From assembly GCA_013239625.1 (NCBI GenBank), contig MU054220.1:434001-484117 (forward strand): 50,117 nt of DNA, in the 5' to 3' direction. Source of the DNA: Lama guanicoe (lineage: Eukaryota). Both the position numbers and the translations under genes were made by a program. The notes beneath the pieces are model-generated. The model was not told the DNA's origin and searched no databases. It worked only from the letters and a program-made list of their open reading frames with translations. Below, piece by piece: positions 24,101 through 35,268 of the stretch; position 1 is the stretch's first letter; the number at the start of each line of letters is the position of its first letter.

Positions 24101-25884
24101 ACTACTTTGGGGGGGAAAAAGAAATTTTATAATTATGTTGTGAATCAAGATGACTCTCAAAAAAAAAAAAGATGACTCTTCTTTTAGCTGGAAATTTATA
24201 ATTCTTTTTTGATGAGTTAAAATTTTCAGAATACTGAGAAATAAGGTCATTTAAAGAGCTTTTTTATTCTCTACCAACATACCATTAAATATGAACTATT
24301 TGCAACACTTCTAAACCTTCTACATGTGAAATTTCTTATCTGTGGAAGTCTAAATGGTTCTGGATTTACACCAGAGATCTATGTCACACTGCTTGTAGAC
24401 AAGGAAACCAAGTATGAAGACAGATTGTTTTATCTACTCTGAGCTCCCCGAGCATCAAAAGGTAATTGCTTCCTAGAAAAATATATTTTGATACTTTTAA
24501 TGATCTCCTTTGGGACAGAAATAAAGAACACTGAAACATTCAATTATGACTTCTCTTTCCCATTTAAAGCACTGAAGCTGACTAGAAAAAATTAATATTT
24601 TCTTTTTTTTTTTAACACTACAAAGACCTTTACAGATCAAAGACCCTTTTATAACCTTCTGCCATTTAATTCCCCTTTTTCTTCTCAGCAATAAACTTTA
24701 TAATTTGGTGCTTTTCAGTCCCATGATATTATTTATTTTGTACCTATGTGAATATTCACACATCATCTACATACATGTATATATAGTATTCATTGCAGTT
24801 TTTAACTATTTAGATGATATTGAATAATATTTATACTTACTGGTGTATTTTTTTCTAATACAATAATTTTAATTGGTGCAGTGTTCAATGGAATGACCAA
24901 AACCATTTTTAATGTCTGTTTAAGCTGTTTTCATTTTTGTTATTACAGGCTATATGCAATTGAACATTTCTGTACATCTCTTTTTGTGCATATGTGTTTG
25001 AGTTTCTCCAGAGCAGTGATTTGCCACAATTTTTCATGTCATGATATATACAGAAAACTATACTTGGAGGCTACACACGAAATACTACAGATTATTTATT
25101 GTGTATATGTTCCTAGTTTCAACACCCCTTTATTTACTGTCTTCTAATTACTTTGTCATAGATATTTCTATGCTGTAGACATTACTCTTTAGTCTGTTAA
25201 ATATGCTGCAAAATTTTACTTTCATTCTGTGGTTTCTCTGCATGTTTCCATGTGTTTCAACTGAATATGCTTTAATCTTAATATAGTAACATTTGTTTTG
25301 CTTTTTGAATGTTTACCTACTCTGAAATCATAAAAAAATTCTCTTGTCTTAGGAGAGGCCAATTTTTATAAGAATTCTTAATGAAAACATTTACGTCTCA
25401 AGTTAGTATACATCACTTATGGAGAGATTTCCATAGATATTTTGAAGAGTACTTACATATTTCTGACACTTTTTCTTGTGAATCATGCATAATTATTTAC
25501 AAAACTTAAATCTTTTTTAGGTTCTACACCTCAGGAATACTGGTAGTGACACACTATTTCAGTCTTTCCAATAAGCCAAATTATCACTTGGCCACGCCCA
25601 AAAGCAATTTAGCCAGAAATATATGGAATGATCCAGAAGTAAACTGGCCCATAACCTAAGCTATAAACAACTTTCTCCCATCATTGTGAACCAGGATCAG
25701 TTTAATCCAAGGATATCAGTTATGAATTATATCTACAACCCTACAGGTTTGAATTTGTAAGTAATTCAAATGGACCAATATTGCTTGAAATGTTAACTAT
25801 GTTAATGAATAAACTCCTCAATTTTTTCTGAAATTTGTTTTAAGCTCTGAAAGGAAAGGATCTCTAAATTGAACATAACAAGTA

Positions 25885-26007
25885 TTTTGTTTGTTTGTTT
25901 GTTTGTTTGTTCATTTGTTTGTTTGTTTTGATGGAGGTTTGGGGTATCGAACCCAGGATGCTGTGCATGCTAAGCATGAGCTCTACCATTGAGCTATACC
26001 TCCCTCC
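25885..26007 (-). mobile_element. tRNA-Ala-derived SINE, Vic-1-like (camelid)
   Basis: Minus strand reads GGAGGGAGGTATAGCTCAATGGTAGAGCTCATGCTTAGCATGCACAGCATCCTGGGTTCGATACCCCAAACCTCCATC with A and B boxes and a (AAAC)n tail. TSD TTGAACAT(A/G)AC at 25869 and 26008. Confidence 0.85.
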
Positions 26008-26334
26008 TTGAACATGACCCATTTCTAAAACCACTCTCAAGTCTCATTATGAGAGACTCTGTTGATGACGGATGCATCATTTTTTGGTTCTGACAACTGC
26101 AAGATAATTAAGTGGTTATAGATATTCAGCTACAACTAAATACTTAAAATCATAGAAAGAAATAACTTCCACAGTAAAACAATTGGCAGAAGCATTGATA
26201 TAAATAAGCATGATTGTCTTTGGCTGTATTATTTCTGTTCTTTTAGCTTTTTGAATCTCAAGTGGCAGCTGTATTCACTGAGGAGACATCACCTAAACAT
26301 TTACCTAGGTAAACAGAACATAATGCTAAATATT

Positions 26335-26660
26335 CTCAATTCATCTAAAATTTATATTTCCTTTCTTTATTCACCCCGTAAGTCTTCATCAAAGACCACA
26401 TGTGTTTTCTAAACACTTTTCTGGGCATTAGAGATAGAAGATACAGCAATAGCACAAGAAATGTCTGCCCTCTCGCAGTTTATATTCTACTGGGAGAAAC
26501 AAATAAGAGCCAAGTAAACTATTGCATGTATTAAAGTTTCATCTATTTCCATGAAAAACATGTAAATAGGGTTAAGGGGATACGGAGTGACTATCCCATT
26601 ACATTAGGTCTTCAGGGAAGAATTTTCTGGGAAGGTGACATTTGAATAGGCACATAAATA
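26335..26660. mobile_element. L2 LINE 3' fragment
   Basis: CTGGGCATTAGAGATA...TCTGCCCTCTCGCAGTTTATATTCTACTGGGAGAAACA...TCAGGGAAG...GAAGGTGACATTTGAATAG. Confidence 0.65.
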
Positions 26661-26698
26661 ATTTCATGGGAATGTATTTCTTAATACTAGACTGAGCA

Positions 26699-26970
26699 CT
26701 AAAGTACTTTGGAGCCTCTTAACATCTTCACAAGATCTTTCACATTTTTGTATTTCAAGCTACGTTAGTGAGTTTAACATGAGAATTAGCGCAGTGCAAA
26801 ATAAGACCCTATGTGAGCACTTACCTGTGAGCTTTTGGAGTTGGGCTCACTGTAGAGAAAGGGTGATGGTGTCGTAGAAGGCACAGGTGGGGAGGACTCT
26901 GTGATGCTCACAGGTAGAAAGTGTCTTTAGGATAGTGGCAAAAAGAACAGCTAGGAAGGAATGACCAGTA
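26699..26970 (-). pseudogene. Decayed 3' remnant (TM5-TM7/C-terminus) of an OR5D-type olfactory receptor
   Basis: Manual minus-strand translation with frameshifts gives LVIPS*LFFFATILKTLSTCEHHRVLPTCA-FYDTI/LSLYSEPNSKSS.../LFCTALILMLNSL/SLKYKNVKDLVKMLRGSKVL*. This is colinear with OR5[57 protein letters not shown]. Confidence 0.8.
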
Positions 26971-27119
26971 CTGCTAACACTGTTTTTTTAGGAATTGTGT
27001 TTAGTTTAGGTGGAAAGAAAGAGAAGCAAAATTCATCATCTTTTCTAATTACATAAACCTCTAAACAAGCTTCCAATTTTTACACTTTTTCTCCTCCTAC
27101 AATTTATTCTTATCATCAG

Positions 27120-27300
27120 GCATAGTGTTTCTTTTAAAATTTAGGTCAGGTCATATCACTCTTCTAAACCCTGCAGTGTCTCCTCATTTTACTCAGAGTA
27201 AAAGCCAGCGTTCTTCAAATACACCACGAAGCCCTGCTTGACCACGCTTCCTGCCTCTCTGACATCCTGGCCCTCAGCCCTGCACTGGCTCACCCGCGCA
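27120..27300. mobile_element. L2 LINE fragment
   Basis: GGTCAGGTCATATCACTCTTCTAAACCCTGCAGTGTCTCCTCATTTTACTCAGAGTAAAAGCCA resembles the L2 3' region. Confidence 0.65.
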
Positions 27301-27644
27301 GAAACGTCCTCTGCAAAGACTTAAACATTTCTGAGAAATTAAAAAGGGAGTATACTTGGACCACGAGGATTAGGAACGTTTTATTCCCTGATGTCAATGT
27401 TTCATAGTAGAGAAACACGTTTGTCACCAAGTTTGTGAAATTACCAAAATTTCGTAATTAAAATGATGTTATTATAATCATGATTAAAACTAGTTTAATA
27501 CTTATTCATGTTGTTGTCAATGAAAGAGAAGAGAAATGAGGAGTTTTCTTTCAGGGGCCTCTGATGACTTCACACAAAATTCGGCATGAGTCTACACCTG
27601 CTGAACTTAATCCAAAATGAAAAAAAAAAAAATGTTTGTTTAGA

Positions 27645-27798
27645 TTCTTGCTACCCAGAGTCTGGTCCAATGGCCAGTAACACCAGCATCCCTTGCAAGA
27701 CTGTCAGAAATGCAGAATCTTGGGCCCCATCCCAGGCACTTCGCCAATATCTGCCCCCCAGATGGTCTGCATGAGTAATAAAATTTGAAAATCACTGG
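27645..27798. mobile_element. MER5-type hAT-Charlie MITE
   Basis: GTCTGGTCC...CAGCATCCCTTG...GTCAGAAATGCAGAATCTTGGGCCCCATCCCAG...AAATTTGAAAATCACTG. Confidence 0.75.
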
Positions 27799-28993
27799 CT
27801 TTAATTATTTTTCGTTTGGTGGAAATTTTGGTGATTTGGCAAAATAAAAATAAATGGACATACTCAGGCACTTTTTTCTGCCTTTTTCTATGTTGTCATG
27901 TATTAGCTTCTTTCCTCTTTTATTCACACATTCAAGTCCAGAGAGGATTCATTGTTTCTCCAAATGTAAATCAATGTACCACAAAATAAATAATAATGTA
28001 ATTCATTCTGAAGGGTAATGACTGATAATATTCACTTTGTCGTGTGTTGGAAGGTGGAGAGTATATATATTTTGCATCCCAATAACACAATACCCCCCAG
28101 CACACGCACACGCGCACACACACACACACACAAAATATACAATCCTCCCTGACGGAATTAAAACTGAAATTTCTCATTTTATTGCCTAGATTAAAAAACA
28201 GTCCTTGAGAAGCATTATTTGGAAAGTGCACAATACAGTGTATTAGTAACTGGTCATAATATTATGGTAGTCATGTGGGACCCCTGCTTTATAACTAAGA
28301 AAAATTAAAAGTAGAATATCAGTTTACTTTATGTTTATACTTGCTTCCCTAATCACACACATGACAAGTATTGGTGGCATGTCTTACAGTATAAGGTAAA
28401 GTTAAATGTTATACTTGAGACCAACACACTTACTCTAGAGATGTGATTGCTATTTAACCACTAAGGGGATGTGGAGTGACAATACTGCACATCTTCACAG
28501 CACCCATCCTGGGGAATCTTGAGTGATACAAACGATGATCGACAAGAGATAAACAGAGATAACATTTTGAATTTTTTCTAACTCAGTCGCTCACTGGGTA
28601 AAGACCAAGAAATGAATAATCACTCTGTTAGGTAGTTAGATAAGTGAGGGCACCTGGCAGATAGGTGGGGGAGAGGGAGGATGGTCTGGACGATGGCATT
28701 ATGCCCACCTCCAGCGTAAAGGGACTTTACTTCTTCTAAATGAGTGTCAGCAAGAAGCCAGCGAGAATCTGGCAGCTCCAACTGCTCGGTAGTGAGAAGG
28801 ACTTATCCAGACAAGGCCCAGTGCTCATTGTATAATTAACATTGCAGTTTTGGCATCCCCAAAGGGTCTTTCTGTGTACAACGTGGGTAAGGACATGCGC
28901 AAAAGGGCCAAACATAACTAAGCACTCCAGGGGCAAAAGCCGCCAATCAATCAAAAGACCACCTCTAAGTGAGGGTGGAAGAGGAAGGGCAGA

Positions 28994-29801
28994 ACCTAAT
29001 TAAACTTACAAGCTTTTGTACAGCAAAGGAAACCGTAAGTAAAACAAAATGACAACCTAAGGAATGCGAGAAAATGTTGTGCAAAAGATGAAACTGACAA
29101 AGGCTTGATCTCCAGAATATATAAACAGCTCGTACAGCTTAATAGGAAAAAAAACAAACAACCTGATCTAAAAGTGGGCAGAAGAGCTAAATAAGCAATC
29201 CTCTGATGAAGACATATGAATGACCAACAGGCACATGAAAAAATGCTCAGTATCACTAATTATCAGAGAAATGCAAATCAAAACTACAATGAGGTGTCAC
29301 CTCACACCGGTCAGAATGGCCATCAGTCAAAAGTCTACAAATGATAAATGCTGGAGAGATTGTGGAGAAAAGGGAACCCTCCTACCCTGTTGGTGGGAAT
29401 GCAATTTGGTGCAGTGCAGTCACTGTGCAAAAAAGTATGGAGATTCCTCAAAAGGCTAAAAACAGACTTACCATATGATCCAGCAATCCCACTCCTGGGC
29501 ATATATTCAGAAGGAACCCTACTTCAAAAAGACATTTGCACCCCAATGTTCATAGCAGCACTATTTACAATATTTACTCTATTTATAATGGCCAAGACAT
29601 AGAAACAACCTAAATGTCCATCAACAGACGACTGGATAAATAAGTCATGGTGTATTTACACAATGGAATACTATTCAGCCATAAAAATGACAACATAATG
29701 CCGTTTGCAGCAACATGGATGTCCCTGGAGAATGCCATTCTAAGTAAAGCAACCCAGAAAGAGAAAGAAAAATACTATATGATATCACTTATCTGTGGAA
29801 A

Positions 29802-29836
<35 letters not shown>

Positions 29837-30155
29837 CCAAATGAACTTACATATAAAACAGAAACAGACTCACAGACATAGAATACAGACTTGTGACTGC
29901 CAGGGGGAGTGGGGTGGGAAGGGACAAACTGGGAGTTCAAGATTTGTAGATACTGACAGGTATATATAGAATAGGTAAACAAGTTTATACTTTTTAGCCC
30001 AGAGAAATATATACAAGATCTTGTAGTAGCTCACGGTGAAAAAGAAGATGAAAATGAATATATGTATATTCACATATGACTGAAAAATTGTGCTGTGCAC
30101 CAGAAACTGACACAACATTGTAAACTGACTCTAACTCAATTGAAAAACAAAAAAT
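28994..30155 (+). mobile_element. Relatively young 5'-truncated L1 (ORF2 C-terminus plus 3' UTR) with TSD
   Basis: ORFs 29220-29602 give [30 protein letters not shown] and [17 protein letters not shown]. There is an A-rich tail and a 14-bp TSD AGAG(G/A)AAGGGCAGA at 28980-28993 and 30156-30169. Confidence 0.93.
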
Positions 30156-30803
30156 AGAGAAAGGGCAGACAAAGACTGAGACAGGAAGGGGGCAGGGCAC
30201 AGCCATTCAAGGACTGCTACAGCAATTAACATCAAAATGGCGAAAGATTCAACCCCCAGCAGGCCTTGAGGCTGAAAAATGCTGGGAGATCTGACTTCCA
30301 GCAGATCTTGAGCTTCATTTTACGCTCACTGTAATGTATTAGCATGCTGAGTAACATGCCTACAGGTGCCATGGCAGTCCCAAGGCTAGCCAGGAGAGGT
30401 CACAGAGTGGCAAATGGCCAACTTCCTGGGAATCCCAGCCCCTTCCCCAGGCTAGTTAGACTGGTCCTTCCACTTATTTGCATATGAAGCCACTAAGCCA
30501 TAAAAACTGGCAACGTGGTGCCTCACGGCCATGCCCCCCCCCCTTCAGAGACGGCATGCACTCTGTCTATGGAGTGTGTACCTACGTTAAATCTGAGCAC
30601 CCAAACTCCCACACTTCATGGCCTTTCTCTTGCCTTTCAATGTATCTCTCTGAATAAATCTGCCTTTACTCAACTGTGGCTTGCTCTTGAATACTTTCCT
30701 CCGTGAAGCCGAGGACCCACACTTGGCGGGGCTCATCCCAGGGGCTCGACTGAACCCTGGGACACGGCCCTCCCCATGCCCCGCATCCGTTTTTCCTGCA
30801 TCA
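30156..30803 (+). mobile_element. ERV LTR (inner element; its 5' tip probably lies just left of the L1, near 28970)
   Basis: TATA-like CATAAAAA (~30499), AATAAA (~30653) followed by a U5-like CTCTTGAATACTTTCCTCCGTGAAGCCGAGGACCCA, and a terminal ...TGCATCA. Confidence 0.7.
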
Positions 30804-31366
30804 GGACCACGGCAGTTCCCCCTTGGATCAGCCTGCCTCCCATTTTTAGAGGTGTACTTTTCTTTCCCTAAATAATCCTTTAAAATTGTTCCCTACACAA
30901 TACATTGTCTCCCAGCTGCAAACTTGCCTCTCAGGTAAGACAAGCGCCGAGGTCTTTTCCTTTTTTCTTTTGGGGAAACAACTTTAGGACACATTTCAGT
31001 TGAAGCACTCGCAGCAATGCCCTATTTGTCTGGTAGATGAATCTATGCCACACAGAGCAGATGTGTAATGAACACATTTGAAATGTAGTTTGAAATTTGA
31101 AATTAACACACGTGAAATTAGCACGTGTGAAATGCATTATGCTACCCACTGCGTTAGTAAGTAGAATTCAGAATATCAATGTGGACACATCAGACTGTGA
31201 GATAAGTGAGATTAGTAACAGTTTTTATTGTCACTTTTGGTTTGGTCCCCTTGTTAATCCTTCCAGGTATAAGTTAACATTTTTACTTGATAGTCAGAGT
31301 CATCAAGTTTAATATCACTTCCTATATTATAATAAAATTACAGGAGGCCCTTAGGGAGAAAGGAGC

Positions 31367-31884
31367 TGTCGACAGAAAAAAAAAGCACAACCTAAAAGTT
31401 AAGAATTATGTTTTGCTTGGAAGACGTTCTGAGGACTTCAGAGCCTGGAGGCAGCCTCTCAGACAGCTCTGAGGAACTGCTCCGAAGAGTTAGAGGAGGA
31501 GCCAGTATACATAAGGGCTTTTGCAACAATAACCAGGCAGCCAGAACATCAAAAGATGACTCTTCGTTACAGAAAACCAGACGTTTCAAGTTAAGGGATG
31601 TAGTGCTTTCCTCTGCATGGGAAGGTGCAAGAGCCTGGGATCGCTGAAATCGTCCCTTCGCTGTGCACCTCAGCCATCAAGGGCCAGTGTCCTGCGCTTT
31701 CCCTCCTGAGTCCTCTCAGGGTGCACCCTGGGGCGTGGCTGTGGAGGCAGAGGGCTTGGCGGCAGGCAGCCTGCCCGTCTCCATCCTGAGGTCCCTCGGG
31801 GCTCACCCTCCAGGCTGCTGTAGTGGCTTGAAGTCTGCAGCATCCTTTGTTTGCTGATAAGGCAGGCAAAGGGTTTTTCTTTCA
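31367..31884 (-). mobile_element. ERV1 solo LTR (MER41/MER4-group-like)
   Basis: TG...CA termini with a perfect 4-bp TSD GAGC (31363-31366 and 31885-31888). GGAGGCAGCCTCTCAGACAGCTCTGAG...CTGCTCCGAAGAG is typical of laurasiatherian MER41-like LTRs as recalled. Confidence 0.85.
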
Positions 31885-32105
31885 GAGCAAAGAAAGTGGC
31901 CTGATTTTAGAGATAATGCCTCCAGCCTTTCATGGCCAGTTCTTCCATATTCACACTTCTAGTCAGCTCCAGCTTTTCAGAATTCCTCTATAACCCCGAT
32001 ACTCCAGTTGCTTAAATGGAATGCAATGATGATTTAAAAGATAATTTAGATAATCTACCGTGCCAATCGAGGTATCAGTCAATATTCTATGGTCTGGTTT
32101 TTAAC

Positions 32106-32553
32106 TGTTAAATAAAACTCCTAGTGTTACCACAGTAAATTACCACGGACTTGGCTTAAAACAACGGAACTTTATTTCCTCACAATTCTCAAAACCGGAA
32201 GCCTTAAGTCAAAGTGCAGGAGGAGCCAGGCGCCCCCAGAAGACGTTAGAGAAGAATCCTTCCTCACGTCCTCGATTCTGGGAGCTCATGTCGCCCCCTG
32301 GTGGGCAGCAGCAAAATGGCAATCTCTGTCTCGGCACTTACACACCCTGCTTCCCTGTATGTCTCTGTATGTCCTTTTTTTTTTTTTTTTTCGGTCCTGT
32401 ATAAAAACGCATTCTTTGAACTTAGGGCTTACTTTAATCTCATCTTGATTTTTACCTTAATTACACCTGCAAAGATCCTGTTGACCAATAAGTTCACGTT
32501 CTGAGCTTCCGGGTGGACATAGATATTTGGGGAGACGCGACTCATCCACAGCA
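32106..32553 (-). mobile_element. MLT1 (MLT1B/C-like) MaLR solo LTR
   Basis: AAATTACCAC...GGCTTAAAACAAC...AGAAGAATCCTTCCT...TTAATTACACCTGCAAAGATCCTGT...AATAAGTTCACGTTCTGAG. Confidence 0.85.
32289..32307 (-). promoter_or_regulatory. Near-consensus CTCF binding motif
   Basis: Minus strand TGCCCACCAGGGGGCGACA, against the CTCF core CCACCAGGGGGCGC. Confidence 0.55.
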
Positions 32554-32751
32554 CTTACGTTATTTTACGTATGGTTTGCCTCTATTTCATTAAACACTGA
32601 AGTGCATAGAAATCAAATGATTAAATAACTGGTTTATGACTAGATTTAAAAATCTAGTGAATTGACTACAAAATTTGAATCATCACCTCTACTAGAAGCA
32701 CTGAACATGGCTTTATCTGATAGATCAAATTTCTTGTGGAAATACAAGTCT

Positions 32752-33693
32752 TCAACAAAATGGTATTAAGTGATTCATTAATTTCCTGACACTCTCTTTC
32801 ACGTCTTTGTTCCTGAGGCTGTAGATCAGAGGGTTCAGCATGGGAATCACCACCGTATAAAAGGCAGAACCTACTTTGACTATGAGCCATGAGTTTCTGG
32901 AGTTGGGTACGCAATAAAGGAACAGGACCGTCCCATGGAAAATGGTGATGGCGGTCAGATGAGAGGCACAAGTGGAGAAGGCTTTCTGGCGCCCAGCAGC
33001 AGAAGGCATCTTTATAATAGTGACAAAAATGGAAATATAAATAGTGAGGATAATTGCCAGGCTGCTCGCCTCACTGAATATGACGATGACAAAACAAAGC
33101 ATCTGGCTGATGTGGGGGTCAGAGCAGGAGACAGAGACAATGGCCAAGTGCTCACAGACAAAATTATTGATAATGTTAGACCCAAAGAAGGATAATGCCA
33201 GGAGAAAATAGGTGAGTGTCAGGGAAGAGACTACCCCCCATGTATAGGGTCCGGCCACTAGTAATGCACAGAGCTTTGGGGACATGACTACTGTGTACAG
33301 TAGAGGCTTACAAATGGCCACAAATCGGTCATAGGCCATCACTGCCAACATGAAGATTTCGGCCGCTGCAGATATACAAGCGAAGAAGAATTGCAGGATG
33401 CATCCCAGGAAAGAGATGGTTCTGTCTTCCACAACCAAGTTCTCCAAGAGCTTGGGTGTGACTGTGGTGGAATAACAGAAATCAGCAAAGGACAAGTGAC
33501 TAAGAAAGAAGTACATGGGGGTGTGGAGTTTGGGACTGACCCTGATGATGGTGACCATGCCCAGGTTCCCCAGCACAGTGACAGTGTAGATGACGAGGAA
33601 CACCAGGAACAAGGGGACCTGGACCAGGTCAGGATATTCCGAGAAGCCCAAGGGGGTGAACGTGGCTGTGGCATTCTGATTTCCAGCTAGCAT
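32752..33693 (-). CDS. Olfactory receptor, OR5D subfamily (313 aa from MLAGNQNAT, intact); positional candidate orthologue of human OR5D15P
   Basis: [62 protein letters not shown] and [16 protein letters not shown]. The ATG at 33691-33693 is preceded by an acceptor TTTTCTCCAACAG. The ORF-track extension starts at GTG. Confidence 0.9.
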   Translation of the reverse strand: MLAGNQNATATFTPLGFSEYPDLVQVPLFLVFLVIYTVTVLGNLGMVTIIRVSPKLHTPMYFFLSHLSFADFCYSTTVTPKLLENLVVEDRTISFLGCILQFFFACISAAAEIFMLAVMAYDRFVAICKPLLYTVVMSPKLCALLVAGPYTWGVVSSLTLTYFLLALSFFGSNIINNFVCEHLAIVSVSCSDPHISQMLCFVIVIFSEASSLAIILTIYISIFVTIIKMPSAAGRQKAFSTCASHLTAITIFHGTVLFLYCVPNSRNSWLIVKVGSAFYTVVIPMLNPLIYSLRNKDVKESVRKLMNHLIPFC

Positions 33694-33724
33694 GACTGCT
33701 GTTGGAGAAAATCTGCAATAGTGA

Positions 33725-33985
33725 TAATAAAAATAGTAACCATGACGATGACAATAGTGCACCTATATCACATTCACTGCGTTGCACACATTGTGCTCAA
33801 ACTTTAAGTTACGTGCATTTTGGTCTCTAAATAACACTCTGAATTGCAAAGCAAGTAACCTCGTGTTCTGAAAAAAAGAACCTGAGGCATATATAAGTTA
33901 AGGCACTTGCCTGAGGGGACACTGCTTCCTAGTGATGAATTAGCTTTTGGAGCTGATCAGGAGTGACAGATCTTGAATTAAGTTT
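33725..33985 (-). mobile_element. MIR SINE fragment
   Basis: GAAAAAAAGAACCTGAGGCAT...AGTTAAGGCACTTGCCTGAGG...ACAC resembles the MIR core in reverse orientation. Confidence 0.55.
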
Positions 33986-35054
33986 GGGGTTAAATAGAAA
34001 ACTTTTCCACAGTGTTGTAGGAAATGTGTTTTTCACAGCTCTGTCATTCTGAAGAGCCTTGATTCTTAATAGGATTAATATAAAAATGCATGTAAATTGA
34101 GAACTAGAGTCAATTTTAAAAGAACCAGGATGTTGTAAAGGCAGGAATATTTCGGTTGTTAAGTTGCTCAAATTGGAGATCATAGGAAAGGCAGAGTTTC
34201 TGAGTCACCACAAGAATTTTCAAGTTTTGAACTGACATATGGATGCTGAAGGAAATATAGTTCTGCATATCCTCAAGCTTTTTACTGATTCCAGTTTGAT
34301 GCTGAAATAATTGCCTTCACGTTCTACAAACACTGAAGCAGACTGGTAAAATAATGAAGCTGTATTTATGACACGTGATACATTTACCCCAGTGTTTTCT
34401 TTCCTTTGTGTTTGTCGATTTTCTCAGTTTCACTAGTGCTCTGAACATGGCCTTCAAAATTCCTTGATCATTATCTTTTAACTTACTATTTTTAATCTGA
34501 TAAATTTACTAGGAATGTTATAGCATTAAATACACACAGAATATCTGGATAGGAGAGTAACTTAAATTATGTTTTGCTCAAGTCTTCCACATTCCGTAAG
34601 TTTTCTCTATGGAGCTAGAGAACATGGTAATAAACACCAACCAACCGTACATTGTCACCCTCAAAATTTCTGGTGACAGGACCATTGATTCTGATTAAAG
34701 CTACATGTGATCTTGTTTTGAGTCATGCAATCTTTGTTATATTTGCTTACACTATTTTGAGAAAGCAAAATCATCTTGTCTTCACAAGTAGTTCATAATC
34801 CCAGAAATGTATTTAATCATTTAACAATAATTTAAAAAACAGGTTAGCAGATAACAAGCACATGTCTTAAATGTTCAGGTCAATAAGAGACTATCAGTAT
34901 GACTCGCGTAAACCATTAGGTGCCATTTCAGTTTGGCCTGACCTGGTTGAGATAGGAACTATTTTCTCCTTCATAGCCTTATGGTATTTTTGACACCCAA
35001 AAAATATATTTTCTAAGGGAATGGGCAGGAAAGTGCAAAGAATTAATGACAGAC

Positions 35055-35268
35055 CACATGATGAAAGAAGTGTGGGCTTGGAAACATAGATTTGATTCAG
35101 TTCCAGGCTTTGTCATTTACTGTGTGATTGCTGGTGAATTACTGGAATTTCCTGAGCCTCAATTTCTTTATCCATAGTAATGACACAATAATACATATTT
35201 CATAGGTGTGTAAGGAGAAAATTCGGAAATGATGTTAATGTACTTACTGCAGAGTCTGACAACTGTGG
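35055..35268 (+). mobile_element. MIR SINE (partly duplicated at ~37373-37523)
   Basis: TTCAGTTCCAGGCTTTGTCATTTACTGTGTGA...TTCCTGAGCCTCAATTTCTTTATCCATAGTAATG...ATAATA. Confidence 0.8.

Larger units (their letters stand above)
28626..30980 (+). mobile_element. ERV1-type solo LTR, interrupted by a second LTR and an L1
   Basis: Begins TGTTAGG (28626) and ends GGAAACA (30980), with near-perfect 4-bp flanks ACTC/ACTT. An LTR-like 3' part (GTGTACTTTTCTTTCCCTAAATAAT...GGTAAGACAAG) lies at 30804-30980. Confidence 0.6.

Noticed and set aside
25930..26007. tRNA-Ala-like sequence as a real tRNA gene
   Set aside because: The acceptor stem is broken, and the simple-repeat tail and TSD mark it as a SINE.
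29803..29835. Long internal poly(A) as a processed-transcript or transduction boundary
   Set aside because: L1 3' UTR sequence continues on both sides, so it is an expanded A-run native to this L1 3' UTR.
33694..33762. His/Tyr-rich N-terminal extension of the 336-aa ORF, and the 8-aa extension at 42733-42756
   Set aside because: They start at GTG or TTG and run through splice-acceptor or MIR sequence, so they are intronic.
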